A stretch of 64,000 nt of DNA from an uncultured bacterium (GTDB taxonomy: Bacteria; CAIWAD01). Location of the stretch: assembly GCA_903910645.1 (NCBI GenBank), contig CAIWAD010000124.1, forward strand, positions 16,445 to 80,444. The letters run 5' to 3'. Under the pieces are notes generated by a model, which worked only from the letters and a program-made list of their open reading frames with translations, searched no databases and was not told where the DNA came from. Shown here piece by piece: positions 28,264 through 36,557 of this stretch. How positions within the stretch are numbered: position 1 is the stretch's first letter; each line of letters starts with the position of its first letter. Position numbers and translations under genes: made by a program.

Positions 28264-29296
28264 GGCGGCCTCCTCCCGAGAAGCGCCCGTGGACCCAGCG
28301 GCCGAAGTCCAGCAGGATGTGGCTGAAGAGCAGGGCCATGGTGATGGCCGTGAGCAGGATGAAGCCCCAGGTGACCACATAGACCACCGGATTGCTCTCC
28401 ATGGTGGGCTTGCTGTGGATGGCCGAGCGCGCGAACTCAATGCTGGGGCTGATGTGGCAGCCCGTGGTGCCGCAGGTCTGGCGGATGTTCGCCGTGGACA
28501 GCGTGGAGGCCGGGTCGTCCTGGGGCAGCACAAGATGACTGGTGTGGCAATCCGCGCAGTTGGCCACGCCATCCAGGCCGCGCCGCATGGCCTTGCCATG
28601 GAAGTGGTGCTGGAAGCCTTCCACCTGCGTGCTGCTCACATTCACGCTCTCCATCAGCGTGGCGTCGCCGTGACAGCTTGAGCACAAGCGCACGATGTCC
28701 AGCGAGTTCTCCGCGCTGCGGTGGGAAGTGTGGCGGTCAATGTGCTGGATGACGCCTTCCAGGGACTTGCCGTCGTGGCAGTTGGCGCAGTGCTTGGCCT
28801 GCTCCTGCACGCGCTGGTCCGGGGCCGCCATGCGATGGCTGCCGTGGCAGTACTTGCAGCCGGGCTTGGCGGCGTTGGTTTCGGGATCGTCCTTGGGATT
28901 CTGCCCGTGCACGCTCATGGCGTGGGCTTCCACTTCGCCGCGGTGGGAGAACACCGTCAGCTCGAAGGGGCGGTTCACATGGCAGGTCTTGCCGCAGTCC
29001 ACCTTCTGCACCACCTGTGGATGCGGAAACGCATCGATGTCCGCGTGGCAGTCCCGGCAGCCGATGCCCTTGTGGGAGCTGTGCATCACGGTCTCGGCGC
29101 TCACCTCGTAGAGGCGGAAACGGCCCTTGTCGTCGTGGCGCGACAACAGGGGCAGCCCATGGCAGAGTTCGCAGTTCTCCGAATCCGCCAGACGCGGATT
29201 GGCCAGCGAAGACGCCAGCGGCAGCAAGGCGAGAAGGGCCGGGAGCAGGCCCCTGGCCAGAGAGGCCAAGGCGCCCCTACAGGTCGTGACAGGCAT
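28250..29296 (-). CDS. Multihaem c-type cytochrome (~8 haems) with C-terminal TM anchor
   Basis: Signal peptide, then CELCH, CRDCH, CGKTCH, CKYCH, CANCH, CSSCH, CADCH and CGTTGCH. The C-terminus has a hydrophobic helix (VVYVVTWGFILLTAITMALLF). Immediately upstream of the cytochrome b gene, so this looks like a split Cbc-type module. Confidence 0.8.
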   Translation of the reverse strand: MPVTTCRGALASLARGLLPALLALLPLASSLANPRLADSENCELCHGLPLLSRHDDKGRFRLYEVSAETVMHSSHKGIGCRDCHADIDAFPHPQVVQKVDCGKTCHVNRPFELTVFSHRGEVEAHAMSVHGQNPKDDPETNAAKPGCKYCHGSHRMAAPDQRVQEQAKHCANCHDGKSLEGVIQHIDRHTSHRSAENSLDIVRLCSSCHGDATLMESVNVSSTQVEGFQHHFHGKAMRRGLDGVANCADCHTSHLVLPQDDPASTLSTANIRQTCGTTGCHISPSIEFARSAIHSKPTMESNPVVYVVTWGFILLTAITMALLFSHILLDFGRWVHGRFSGGGRHESE

Positions 29297-30218
29297 AGCA
29301 GATCCGCTCTTTTGCCGCCCGCAGGAGCTTGGAGGCGGGGGCGCCTCCGCCCGAGCAGGCGGGATTTGGGCTGTGACAGGTGGCGCAGGCCACCGTTCCC
29401 CCGGGTCCCAGGGGCAGGATCACGCCGCTCTGGGCCTGGAACCGTTCCAGCGCGGCGGCGGTGTTCATCTTCAATCTGTTGTGCAGCACGGAGCGTCCCA
29501 CATGCTCCCGCTCATGCTTCACATCCTTGTGGCACTTCAGGCACAGTTCGCCCTGGGGCAGCTGAAGGCCCTTGCCGGGCTGGGCCGCATCGCCGCCCTC
29601 CGCGCTGTGGCAGTACCAGCAGGCCTTGTTGTCCTCGGACTGGCCGTGGGGATAGGTCTGCTTGTAGAGTTCGCGCGTGTGGCACTGGTAGCAGAAGTCC
29701 GTCTCCCGGGGCCATGGTCCGCCACGCAGCATGCTGCGGTTCTCCCGCGCCACGCGATAGCTGGTGGTCTCGTCGCAGTTGATGGCGTGGCAGGTCAGGC
29801 AAGTGCCACGGCCTTCCTTCAGGCGCGCATTGGCCGGACTGGGCGCCTTGGAGCTTGCCCCGGAGAAATCCGTGGGATGGATTTCACGCAAATGGGCCTG
29901 GGGGTCGTGGCATTCCACACAAGCGCCGTCCCGCCAGTTGGCCGCCGCCGGAGTCTGCCCGGGCGTGTGGCATTGGTCGCAACGGTTGGGCCGGCCGTGG
30001 GGGTTGTCCTTGCCAGGCAGAGTCAGGTGCTGCTTCTGGGCGGGCCTGGGTGCCGGGGCCGCCGCACGCGCGGGCACGGGTGGCTTGCACAAGCCACAGG
30101 ACGGTTTGGCGCAGTCATCATGGGTGGCCGGGGCAGGAGCCGCTCCCAGCTGGGCACCAAGCAGCAGCGCCAGCAAACCGACAACCCAGGAACCTGACCA
30201 CGAGCGTTGAACCATCAC
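29277..30218 (-). CDS. Periplasmic octahaem c-type cytochrome
   Basis: Start MVQRSWSGSWVVGLLALLLGAQLGA. Motifs CDQCH, CVECH, CLTCH, CYQCH, CWYCH, CLKCH, CATCH and CYACH. Confidence 0.8.
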   Translation of the reverse strand: MMVQRSWSGSWVVGLLALLLGAQLGAAPAPATHDDCAKPSCGLCKPPVPARAAAPAPRPAQKQHLTLPGKDNPHGRPNRCDQCHTPGQTPAAANWRDGACVECHDPQAHLREIHPTDFSGASSKAPSPANARLKEGRGTCLTCHAINCDETTSYRVARENRSMLRGGPWPRETDFCYQCHTRELYKQTYPHGQSEDNKACWYCHSAEGGDAAQPGKGLQLPQGELCLKCHKDVKHEREHVGRSVLHNRLKMNTAAALERFQAQSGVILPLGPGGTVACATCHSPNPACSGGGAPASKLLRAAKERICYACHDL

Positions 30219-30222
30219 GCCA

Positions 30223-31410
30223 TCACTCCAGCGGATAGGATAGGCCTTGCTCCTCCCAGCGATTGGGAAGGGGCAGGTCGTCATGGATGAGCGCATTGGC
30301 GCCGAAGCGCAGGCTGAGCAGGTCGTAGCCCAGCACATTGAGGTAGAAACCCACGAAGGCGCTGGTCTGGCCCGTCCAGCAGTAGAGGACATTGGTGTTG
30401 GCCGGATGCAGGGCGCTCAGGTCCTGATTGGTGGTCAGGCTGCCCGGGCTAAGCTGATAGGCGCCCTGGACATGGCCGTACGTGAAGTAGTCGTCCTGCA
30501 GCCAGTAGTTGTGGATGATGAAGGAGCCGGGGTTGTCCATGACCTCGTAGGCGTTCACAGCGTTGGCCGTGAAGCCCTCCGCCAACACCGCCGACACCCG
30601 CGCCTGCAGAATGGCCTGCCCCGAGGCCAGTCCCGTGGACAGCTCGGGCCAGTCGAAGGTGGGAAGGGCGGGACTGTTGCCGTAGCTCATCACCGATTCG
30701 TATGCGTTGCTGATGCCTGCATTCCAGGGCCCTGCCAGCAGGTCGTTCCACCCCGCCATGCCCCATTGCAGACTGAAGGCGTCGTGGCCCAACATGCGCA
30801 ATGCCATGGTGGCGAAGGCCGCCACCTGTCCCGTGTCACAAGCCAGCAGCACCGGCAGGCCGCCACTGTTCTGCCCTTCCACCGTGGACACCAGCGTGGT
30901 AAGGCTGGCATTGCGAGCGCCGGGAATGTGCCCTGCCAGGAAGGCCTGGCTGCTGCGGAGATCCACCACGAAGTACTGGCCCAGATTGGCGTTCACCGTG
31001 GTGGCAGGCAGGATCCAGTTGGTGGCCCAGGTGGCGAACTGGGCGTCCGTGATGGCCGCCAGGCGGTTGAATTCCCCGCGCACGGAGATGGAGGTGGAAC
31101 GGCTGGCGCTGTCCACGCCATCGCTGACCTCCACCAGGATCGTCACCTGCCCGGAAGCCGGTGCCTGCCACTGGATGTTGGCCGTGCTGCCAATGGCCAG
31201 ACCATCAACTGTCCAGGCATAGGTCAAGGCGTCGCCATCGGCGTCGCTGGCCGTGCAGGCAAGAGTGATGGTCTCGCCGGGATCGGGGGTGGGATCGCTG
31301 GCGGTGACACCGCTGATGACAGGCGGGCTGTTGCCCTCCTCAGAAGAGGAACAGCCACCCAAAATGAGGGCGGCCATCAGGCCCGTGACGAAAATGCGTG
31401 CGCGACCCAT
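30223..31410 (-). CDS. Lipoprotein with N-terminal PKD/Ig-like domain and two rhodanese-like domains
   Basis: Lipobox ILGGC. The PKD-like segment reads TASDADGDALTYAWTVDG. The rhodanese domains contain YFVVDLRS...AGHIPGA, with Cys loops LLACDTGQVAAF and LYCWTGQTSAF. Confidence 0.7.
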   Translation of the reverse strand: MGRARIFVTGLMAALILGGCSSSEEGNSPPVISGVTASDPTPDPGETITLACTASDADGDALTYAWTVDGLAIGSTANIQWQAPASGQVTILVEVSDGVDSASRSTSISVRGEFNRLAAITDAQFATWATNWILPATTVNANLGQYFVVDLRSSQAFLAGHIPGARNASLTTLVSTVEGQNSGGLPVLLACDTGQVAAFATMALRMLGHDAFSLQWGMAGWNDLLAGPWNAGISNAYESVMSYGNSPALPTFDWPELSTGLASGQAILQARVSAVLAEGFTANAVNAYEVMDNPGSFIIHNYWLQDDYFTYGHVQGAYQLSPGSLTTNQDLSALHPANTNVLYCWTGQTSAFVGFYLNVLGYDLLSLRFGANALIHDDLPLPNRWEEQGLSYPLE

Positions 31411-31434
31411 GGCCGATCCTTTCCGGAAATGAAT

Positions 31435-31458
31435 CCGGGCCGCCCGAGGGCGGCCCGG
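31435..31458 (-). terminator. GC-rich hairpin (possible attenuator or terminator) between the two rhodanese paralogs
   Basis: CCGGGCCGCC and GGCGGCCCGG form a perfect 10-bp stem with a 4-nt loop. On the minus-strand transcript it is followed by AUUCAUUUCC, which is only weakly U-rich. Confidence 0.3.
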
Positions 31459-31471
31459 ACACGAGGTGGAC

Positions 31472-32431
31472 TTAGTTGGTTTCCAGCTCGTAGTTGAAGC
31501 CGGTGGCGGCCCAGGCGTTGGCCGGCATGGTGTCGTGGTACAGCGCGTTGGCGCCGTACTTCAGGCTAAGCACATCATAGCCCAGGGCGTTCAGGTAGAA
31601 ACCCACCAGGGCGCTGGTCTGGCCCGTGTAGCAGTAGAGCACCTGCTGGTCGGCGGGATCCAGGGCGTCCAGGTCCGTGGTGGTGGTCAGGTTGCCCGGA
31701 GTCAGCTGGTAGGCGCCGTCGATGTGGCCAACGGCGTAGTGGGCGGCGCTCCAGTAGTTGAAGATCTGGTAGTCACCCGGAGTGGCCATTACGGTGGCTG
31801 CGGTGACGATGTTGGGCGTCAGGCCTTCAGCCAGGATGGCGTTCACGCGGGCCTCCAGGATGGCCTGGCCATCGGTGAGGCCGGTGTTCAGTGCAGGGAA
31901 CTCGAAGGTGCCCAGGGCGGGGCTGGCGCTGGTGACCATGTTGCCCACATAGGCGTTGCTGATGCCCGTGGCCCAGCTGGTGTTCAAGGCGTCATTCCAA
32001 CCGCCCATGCCCCACTTCACGGAGAAGGCGTCCGTCCAGCCCAGCATGCGCAGAGCCATGGTGGCGAAGGCCGAAGTCTGGCCCGTGTAGCACACCACCG
32101 CCACCGGCAGGTCGCTGGTGTTGTTGGTGGCGATGTTGTCGGCCATGGTGGTCAGCGTGGCGTTGTGGGCGCCGGGGATGTGGCCGGCAGCGTAGTCCGT
32201 GGCGCTGCGCAGGTCCACCACATAAAGGTTGGCCAGGTTGGTGTGGACATAGTCCGCGCCCTGCACCCAGCCCGTGGTCCAGCCGGCGAAGCCCGTGTCC
32301 GTGAGCTCGCTCATGAGGGCGAACTCGTCCACCGGTGTGGTATTGTCGTCGTCGTCATCCTCGGAGCAGCCGGTGAAGACGGAAAGGGTGAGCGCCACGG
32401 ACAAAGCCAAGGCGAGCTTCTGGAACTTCAT
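31472..32431 (-). CDS. Lipoprotein with two rhodanese-like domains (paralog of 30223..31410)
   Basis: MKFQKLALALSVALTLSVFTGC lipoprotein signal. LYVVDLRSATDYAAGHIPGA. Cys loops VVCYTGQTSAF and LYCYTGQTSAL. Alignable to the neighbouring gene over the full rhodanese region. Confidence 0.7.
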   Translation of the reverse strand: MKFQKLALALSVALTLSVFTGCSEDDDDDNTTPVDEFALMSELTDTGFAGWTTGWVQGADYVHTNLANLYVVDLRSATDYAAGHIPGAHNATLTTMADNIATNNTSDLPVAVVCYTGQTSAFATMALRMLGWTDAFSVKWGMGGWNDALNTSWATGISNAYVGNMVTSASPALGTFEFPALNTGLTDGQAILEARVNAILAEGLTPNIVTAATVMATPGDYQIFNYWSAAHYAVGHIDGAYQLTPGNLTTTTDLDALDPADQQVLYCYTGQTSALVGFYLNALGYDVLSLKYGANALYHDTMPANAWAATGFNYELETN

Positions 32432-32531
32432 GCGAACTCCTGTGTTTTGGAAAGTTGGGTCCATTGACCCATTGGTGACGCGCCCGTGGCCGCCGACCCT
32501 CCCAAGCCCGCGGCCCGACCCGTTTCAACCA

Positions 32532-34094
32532 TCAATGTCTGTTCCAATACCTCGTGATGCTGTCGTCCACTGCAGTGGCCCGGTTGGCCCGCACATACTC
32601 GTCGGGGTCCTCCAGACCCGTGACGGACGACTTCAAACTGTCCAGATGGCTCAGCCACAGGAAGCGCCTGGCGTTGGCCTCCTCGTGCGGGCCCTGGACA
32701 TGGCAGCTCATCCAGCAGTCTCCCATGCTGTAGGCAGGGTTGGACAGCGCCACGGCCGTCTGGGGCGTGAAGCGCTGGATGTTGTGGGGACTGGAGTACT
32801 CCCAGGTGGGGAAGGAGGACCAGTTCTGCAGACTGGGCCAGCCCCACTCGCGAAAGCCATCCTTGATCACCGGGATGTGGCGCACGGTGACCCACTCCTC
32901 ATGCTCCACCGGATGGGTGGAAATTGCGCCTGTGTTGCGACCAATGCGGAAGTCAGTGTACTCAGAATACCCCTCGGGGTCTCCACTGTTCCACACGCCG
33001 CCGGAGTGGCAATTCAGGCAGTTGGTGTAGGGCTGGCTGTGGCACACGGTGCAGGACAGGCCCTCTTCCATGGAGCCTTCCCCCGGCCAGTGATAGGCGT
33101 GGAAAAGGTTGTCCTCCGCCGCCAGGCTGTGGCAGTTGGTGCAGCGCGGCATGCCTTCCACTTCATAACGGCTGGTGTAGTCCGTGCGGCCGTCCCCGTG
33201 CAGATTCTCCTGGTGGCAGAAGAAACAGTCGAAGCCCAGCTCATTGTGCACATCGGGGCGATTGCCCTCGTGGTGGCCGTTGTAGTCGTTGCCCACGCGG
33301 CTGCCATGGCAGGCGGTGCAGTTGTTTTCAATGTCAGGCGTGCGCTTGAAGCGATGGCTGTCCAGCAGGCCGCCCTTCACACTGGTGGGACGGGACACAT
33401 GGCATTGGCCGCAGGTGGCGTGGCAGCTGGAACATTCCCGCGCATGGCCTTCCTTGAGCAGCTCGGGACAATCCTCCCAGCTTTCGTAGCCGGCGCGCAG
33501 GGCGATCTTCGCCTTTTCGCCCCACAGCTGGCTGTGCATGGACGTGGCATGCAGGTCCACGATCTGGGCATGGCAACCCGTGCCGTTGCAATTCAGCTCC
33601 GGCTGGGTGCTGGGATCCCGCGTGATGCCCTTCACCGTGGGCTTTTCACGAATGACGCGCCCGTTGCTGGTGTAGCGCACCTCGAACTGGTGGGCCGCCG
33701 CCATGGCCACCCACAAATCATCCCGCGAGCCACTGGCCGCCACCACCTGATCCACGCCGCCGTGGCAGGTGACACATCCCACAGCCGCATGGTTGGGGTC
33801 AACTTCGGCGTAGCTGTCGGCGTCGATGAACACTTTTGCATAAGGCTCCAACGGAGCCACGGCGCCGCCTCAGCCACCACCCGCGCTTTCACTGGCCGCC
33901 TCTTCCACCGCCAACAGACGCAGATAGTCCCGGTTGGTGTGGCAGCTCTCGCAGCTAAGGGTCACCGCGTCGCCCGACGAGGCGGGATCCGCGGTGATGG
34001 GGTCGATGCGTTCGCACCCCTGCTGCAAGGCGGCAAAGAGGCTCCCCCACAACAGAAGGCGCCACCATGCCTGTGAAAATGCGCTTGTCGTCAT
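32532..34094 (-). CDS. Multihaem c-type cytochrome (~11 haem motifs) interrupted by a single in-frame TGA (33870-33872)
   Basis: ORFs 33870..34094 and 32532..33860 are in the same frame, separated by one TGA. The first carries signal peptide MTTSAFSQAWWRLLLWGSLFAALQQGC and CESCH. The second carries 10 haem motifs with no signal. The TGA sits in the codon run GGT GGT TGA GGC GGC. Confidence 0.7.
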
Positions 34095-34284
34095 GACATC
34101 GTCCCGATGTTAGGTCCTTGACACAGCCTCAAGTGGCTGAGCGCGTGCGCGAAAGGGGCTTTCGTTTTCACAATCAAGGACTTGCGCTTTCGTTGATCCG
34201 CCAGCACAGCAAATCAGGTCTCACGACTGAACCACTCGCGGCGACTCAAATCAGGTTCAGATCCTAAACTGTTAGCACTTTGAC

Positions 34285-34312
34285 AATATAGGCGGCGAAG
34301 GCGCAGAGTCAA
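34285..34312 (-). promoter_or_regulatory. Candidate sigma70-like promoter for the cytochrome operon (minus strand)
   Basis: The minus strand reads TTGACT-N16-TATATT (reverse complement of 34285-34312). It lies ~190 nt upstream of the first cytochrome start, in the only AT-richer intergenic stretch of the region. Confidence 0.3.
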
Positions 34313-34349
34313 GCCTGCGGGGGAGGCAAAAGTTGGCCCCTCTTCCTCT

Positions 34350-36557
34350 TTACTGGATGCGAATCCTGGAGCTGGACACGCTTTCGTTGCCCAGGCGATC
34401 CCGCACGCGCAGCTCGAGATCGTGGACTCCCGCCGGCAGCCGTTGGTCAAGGGGAAAACGAGCCAAGTGGGTGTCTGGCTCGTAGGGTGGATAGAATCGG
34501 CGTCCCGCCAGGCGCAGCTCCACATCGGCGATGCCGGAGGGATCCCCGCCCACGTCCCAGACCAGGACAGCGTTGTCTGCATAGAATTCCGCCGGAACGG
34601 TCCGCCACCGGGCGCGACGGCCCTTGCCCTTGCGTTTCACCTTGATGGGCGGCGCTTTGCGCAGGGAGATGCCAGGTCCATGCGTGTCGGCATGCAGGAC
34701 ATAGCTGCCAGCCTTCCCCACCATGACTTTCAGGCGATCGCCGTCCCTGCGCCCACCAATCAGGGCGATGGGGCCGCCACCAGCGCCCGCCTGGAACAGG
34801 GCCACCTTGTCACGCAGGTGCTCTGGAAAAGTGGAAAGGCTGATCTCCAGCTCCAGGTCCATCTCCAATTGGAGGTCCGAAGGGCCCAGGGTGAAGACCC
34901 GGCCATCCTTGCCGCGCTTGAAGGAGAGAAAGCTGAAATCCTCCACGGTGCGGCGCTGGCTGTAGACCACCACGGCGGGATCCTGCCTGGCATCGCGCCA
35001 GACCTGTTCCCGGCCGGGGTCCAGCCACCACCCGTCCAGGCGCAAACCCGGTGAGGCGGGAAGATTGGCCACGCGCAGCTCGCCCTTGGTCTGGGGAGGC
35101 AGGATCCACTCCCAGCCCCTGGCCCTCAGCTGGCCCCAGACGGACAGCGTGTCGCCATCCGCCACCAGCACGGGCCTAAGTTCCGCGGCGTGGGCGGGCA
35201 AAGGGGCCAGACGCACATGGAAGCCGTCGGCCAGGGTGAAGCGACTCCATTCCGGATCCGGCGCAGGGGCCGGTCTGGGCACCCGGCTGTTCTTCCTGCG
35301 CCCCTTGGTTCGCCTGGCCTTGGCGGGTTTTGGACTGGGTGCCGCCGTGGCCTTCAGCTCCGCCACCGCCATGCTGTCCAGGGGAGCGAAAGCGGCCGTG
35401 GGCGGGCTTGCGGGCAACAGGCGCAGCACCAGATCCAGCCGGCTCAAATTCAGGTTCTCGTCGCGCACCAGGATCTGAAGTCTGCGCAGGGGCTTTCCAT
35501 TCACAGGCCGCAGACGGCCGCGCCAGCCCTCCTCATCCACCGGACCGCTCCACAGATCCAGGGGGCCGCCGCGATTCCACAGCCGCAGCCAGGGATCACC
35601 GCTCATGTGCTGCAGCCAGCGCTGGTAAATGCGACCGCTGTGGTCGTTCCAGGCCAGGGGGAACGCATCCAGCCGCTGGCGGAAGAGTGTGTCGCCCTCC
35701 TCCACCACCTCCACCTGCCAGGGAATGGGCGCCGCACCATTGTCGGGAAGACGCTCCAGGGCGTGCAGGGCCAGGGCCACCGGACCGCGGCATGCCAGCG
35801 TATCCATCACGCGCCACTGGCTGCTTCCCCCATCCTGTGGTTTCAGGCGCATGGGAAGCAAACCGCCCTCCACCATGGCGCCAGCCTCAAGTGGAAGCAG
35901 GGCCAATCCCAAAATGCGCGGCGGAAGCCTGTCTTCCAGACGCAATCCATGGCGTCGTGGATTGAAGCACAGGTCCTCTTCGGCGGCCCGCAGCTCGTAG
36001 TGCAGGTGGGGCGGCCCATTGCCCGTGTCGCCACTTAGGCCAATGACCTCGCCGCGCTGCACGGGAAACTCCCCTGTGGCGAAGTGCAGCACATGCACAT
36101 AGCGGCCACTGTCCTGACGGGCCTGCTCCAGCCTGATTGCCAGATCGTCACGGAAAGCACTCAGGTGGGCGAAGAGGTGGCGGCGGCCCAGGGAGTCCGT
36201 CACCATGAGCTGGAGGCCATAGCCGGTGTAATCCGCCGCAAGCCGGGAAATCCAGCCTCCCGCCGGTGACAGCACGGGCATGCCCTTCTCGCGGTTGGTG
36301 CTGAAATCGATGCCCGCGTGGAGACGCAGGGCGCGGGGCTCGCCAAAGCCGGATGTGAAGCGCGTGGATTCGCCCAGCAAGGGTCCAATGGGCGCCACGG
36401 GCAATGTGTTTCGCGATGCGCTGTTGGCGCGGCTGGGTTCTTTCAGGAGCGGCCAGGCCAAGAGAATGGCGACCAGCGCGGACAGCAGGAAGGTCCTCAA
36501 CAGGCGTCGGTGGAAGCCCCCCGCCCGCAATCCGACAGGACGGCTCACGGCCGGCAA
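34350..36557 (-). CDS. M23 family metallopeptidase with long C-terminal extension
   Basis: LHAGIDFS (HxxxD) and GNGPPHLHYEL (HxH) are LytM/M23 motifs. N-terminal TM/signal region. A basic Pro-rich linker (PKPAKARRTKGRRKNSRVPRPAPAPDP). Confidence 0.75.
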   Translation of the reverse strand: MPAVSRPVGLRAGGFHRRLLRTFLLSALVAILLAWPLLKEPSRANSASRNTLPVAPIGPLLGESTRFTSGFGEPRALRLHAGIDFSTNREKGMPVLSPAGGWISRLAADYTGYGLQLMVTDSLGRRHLFAHLSAFRDDLAIRLEQARQDSGRYVHVLHFATGEFPVQRGEVIGLSGDTGNGPPHLHYELRAAEEDLCFNPRRHGLRLEDRLPPRILGLALLPLEAGAMVEGGLLPMRLKPQDGGSSQWRVMDTLACRGPVALALHALERLPDNGAAPIPWQVEVVEEGDTLFRQRLDAFPLAWNDHSGRIYQRWLQHMSGDPWLRLWNRGGPLDLWSGPVDEEGWRGRLRPVNGKPLRRLQILVRDENLNLSRLDLVLRLLPASPPTAAFAPLDSMAVAELKATAAPSPKPAKARRTKGRRKNSRVPRPAPAPDPEWSRFTLADGFHVRLAPLPAHAAELRPVLVADGDTLSVWGQLRARGWEWILPPQTKGELRVANLPASPGLRLDGWWLDPGREQVWRDARQDPAVVVYSQRRTVEDFSFLSFKRGKDGRVFTLGPSDLQLEMDLELEISLSTFPEHLRDKVALFQAGAGGGPIALIGGRRDGDRLKVMVGKAGSYVLHADTHGPGISLRKAPPIKVKRKGKGRRARWRTVPAEFYADNAVLVWDVGGDPSGIADVELRLAGRRFYPPYEPDTHLARFPLDQRLPAGVHDLELRVRDRLGNESVSSSRIRIQ

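Noticed and set aside
32452-32472. Short palindrome TGGGTC-CATT-GACCCA at the start of the second rhodanese gene
   Set aside because: Only 6 bp per arm. It may simply be coding or 5'-UTR sequence. Not enough support to call a regulatory site.
33870-33872. Alternative genetic code 25 (UGA=Gly) to explain the in-frame TGA in a Gly run
   Set aside because: Many genes in this window (murG, recC, rrf2, OMP) terminate at TGA exactly where conserved C-termini end. UGA is therefore a stop codon in this genome.
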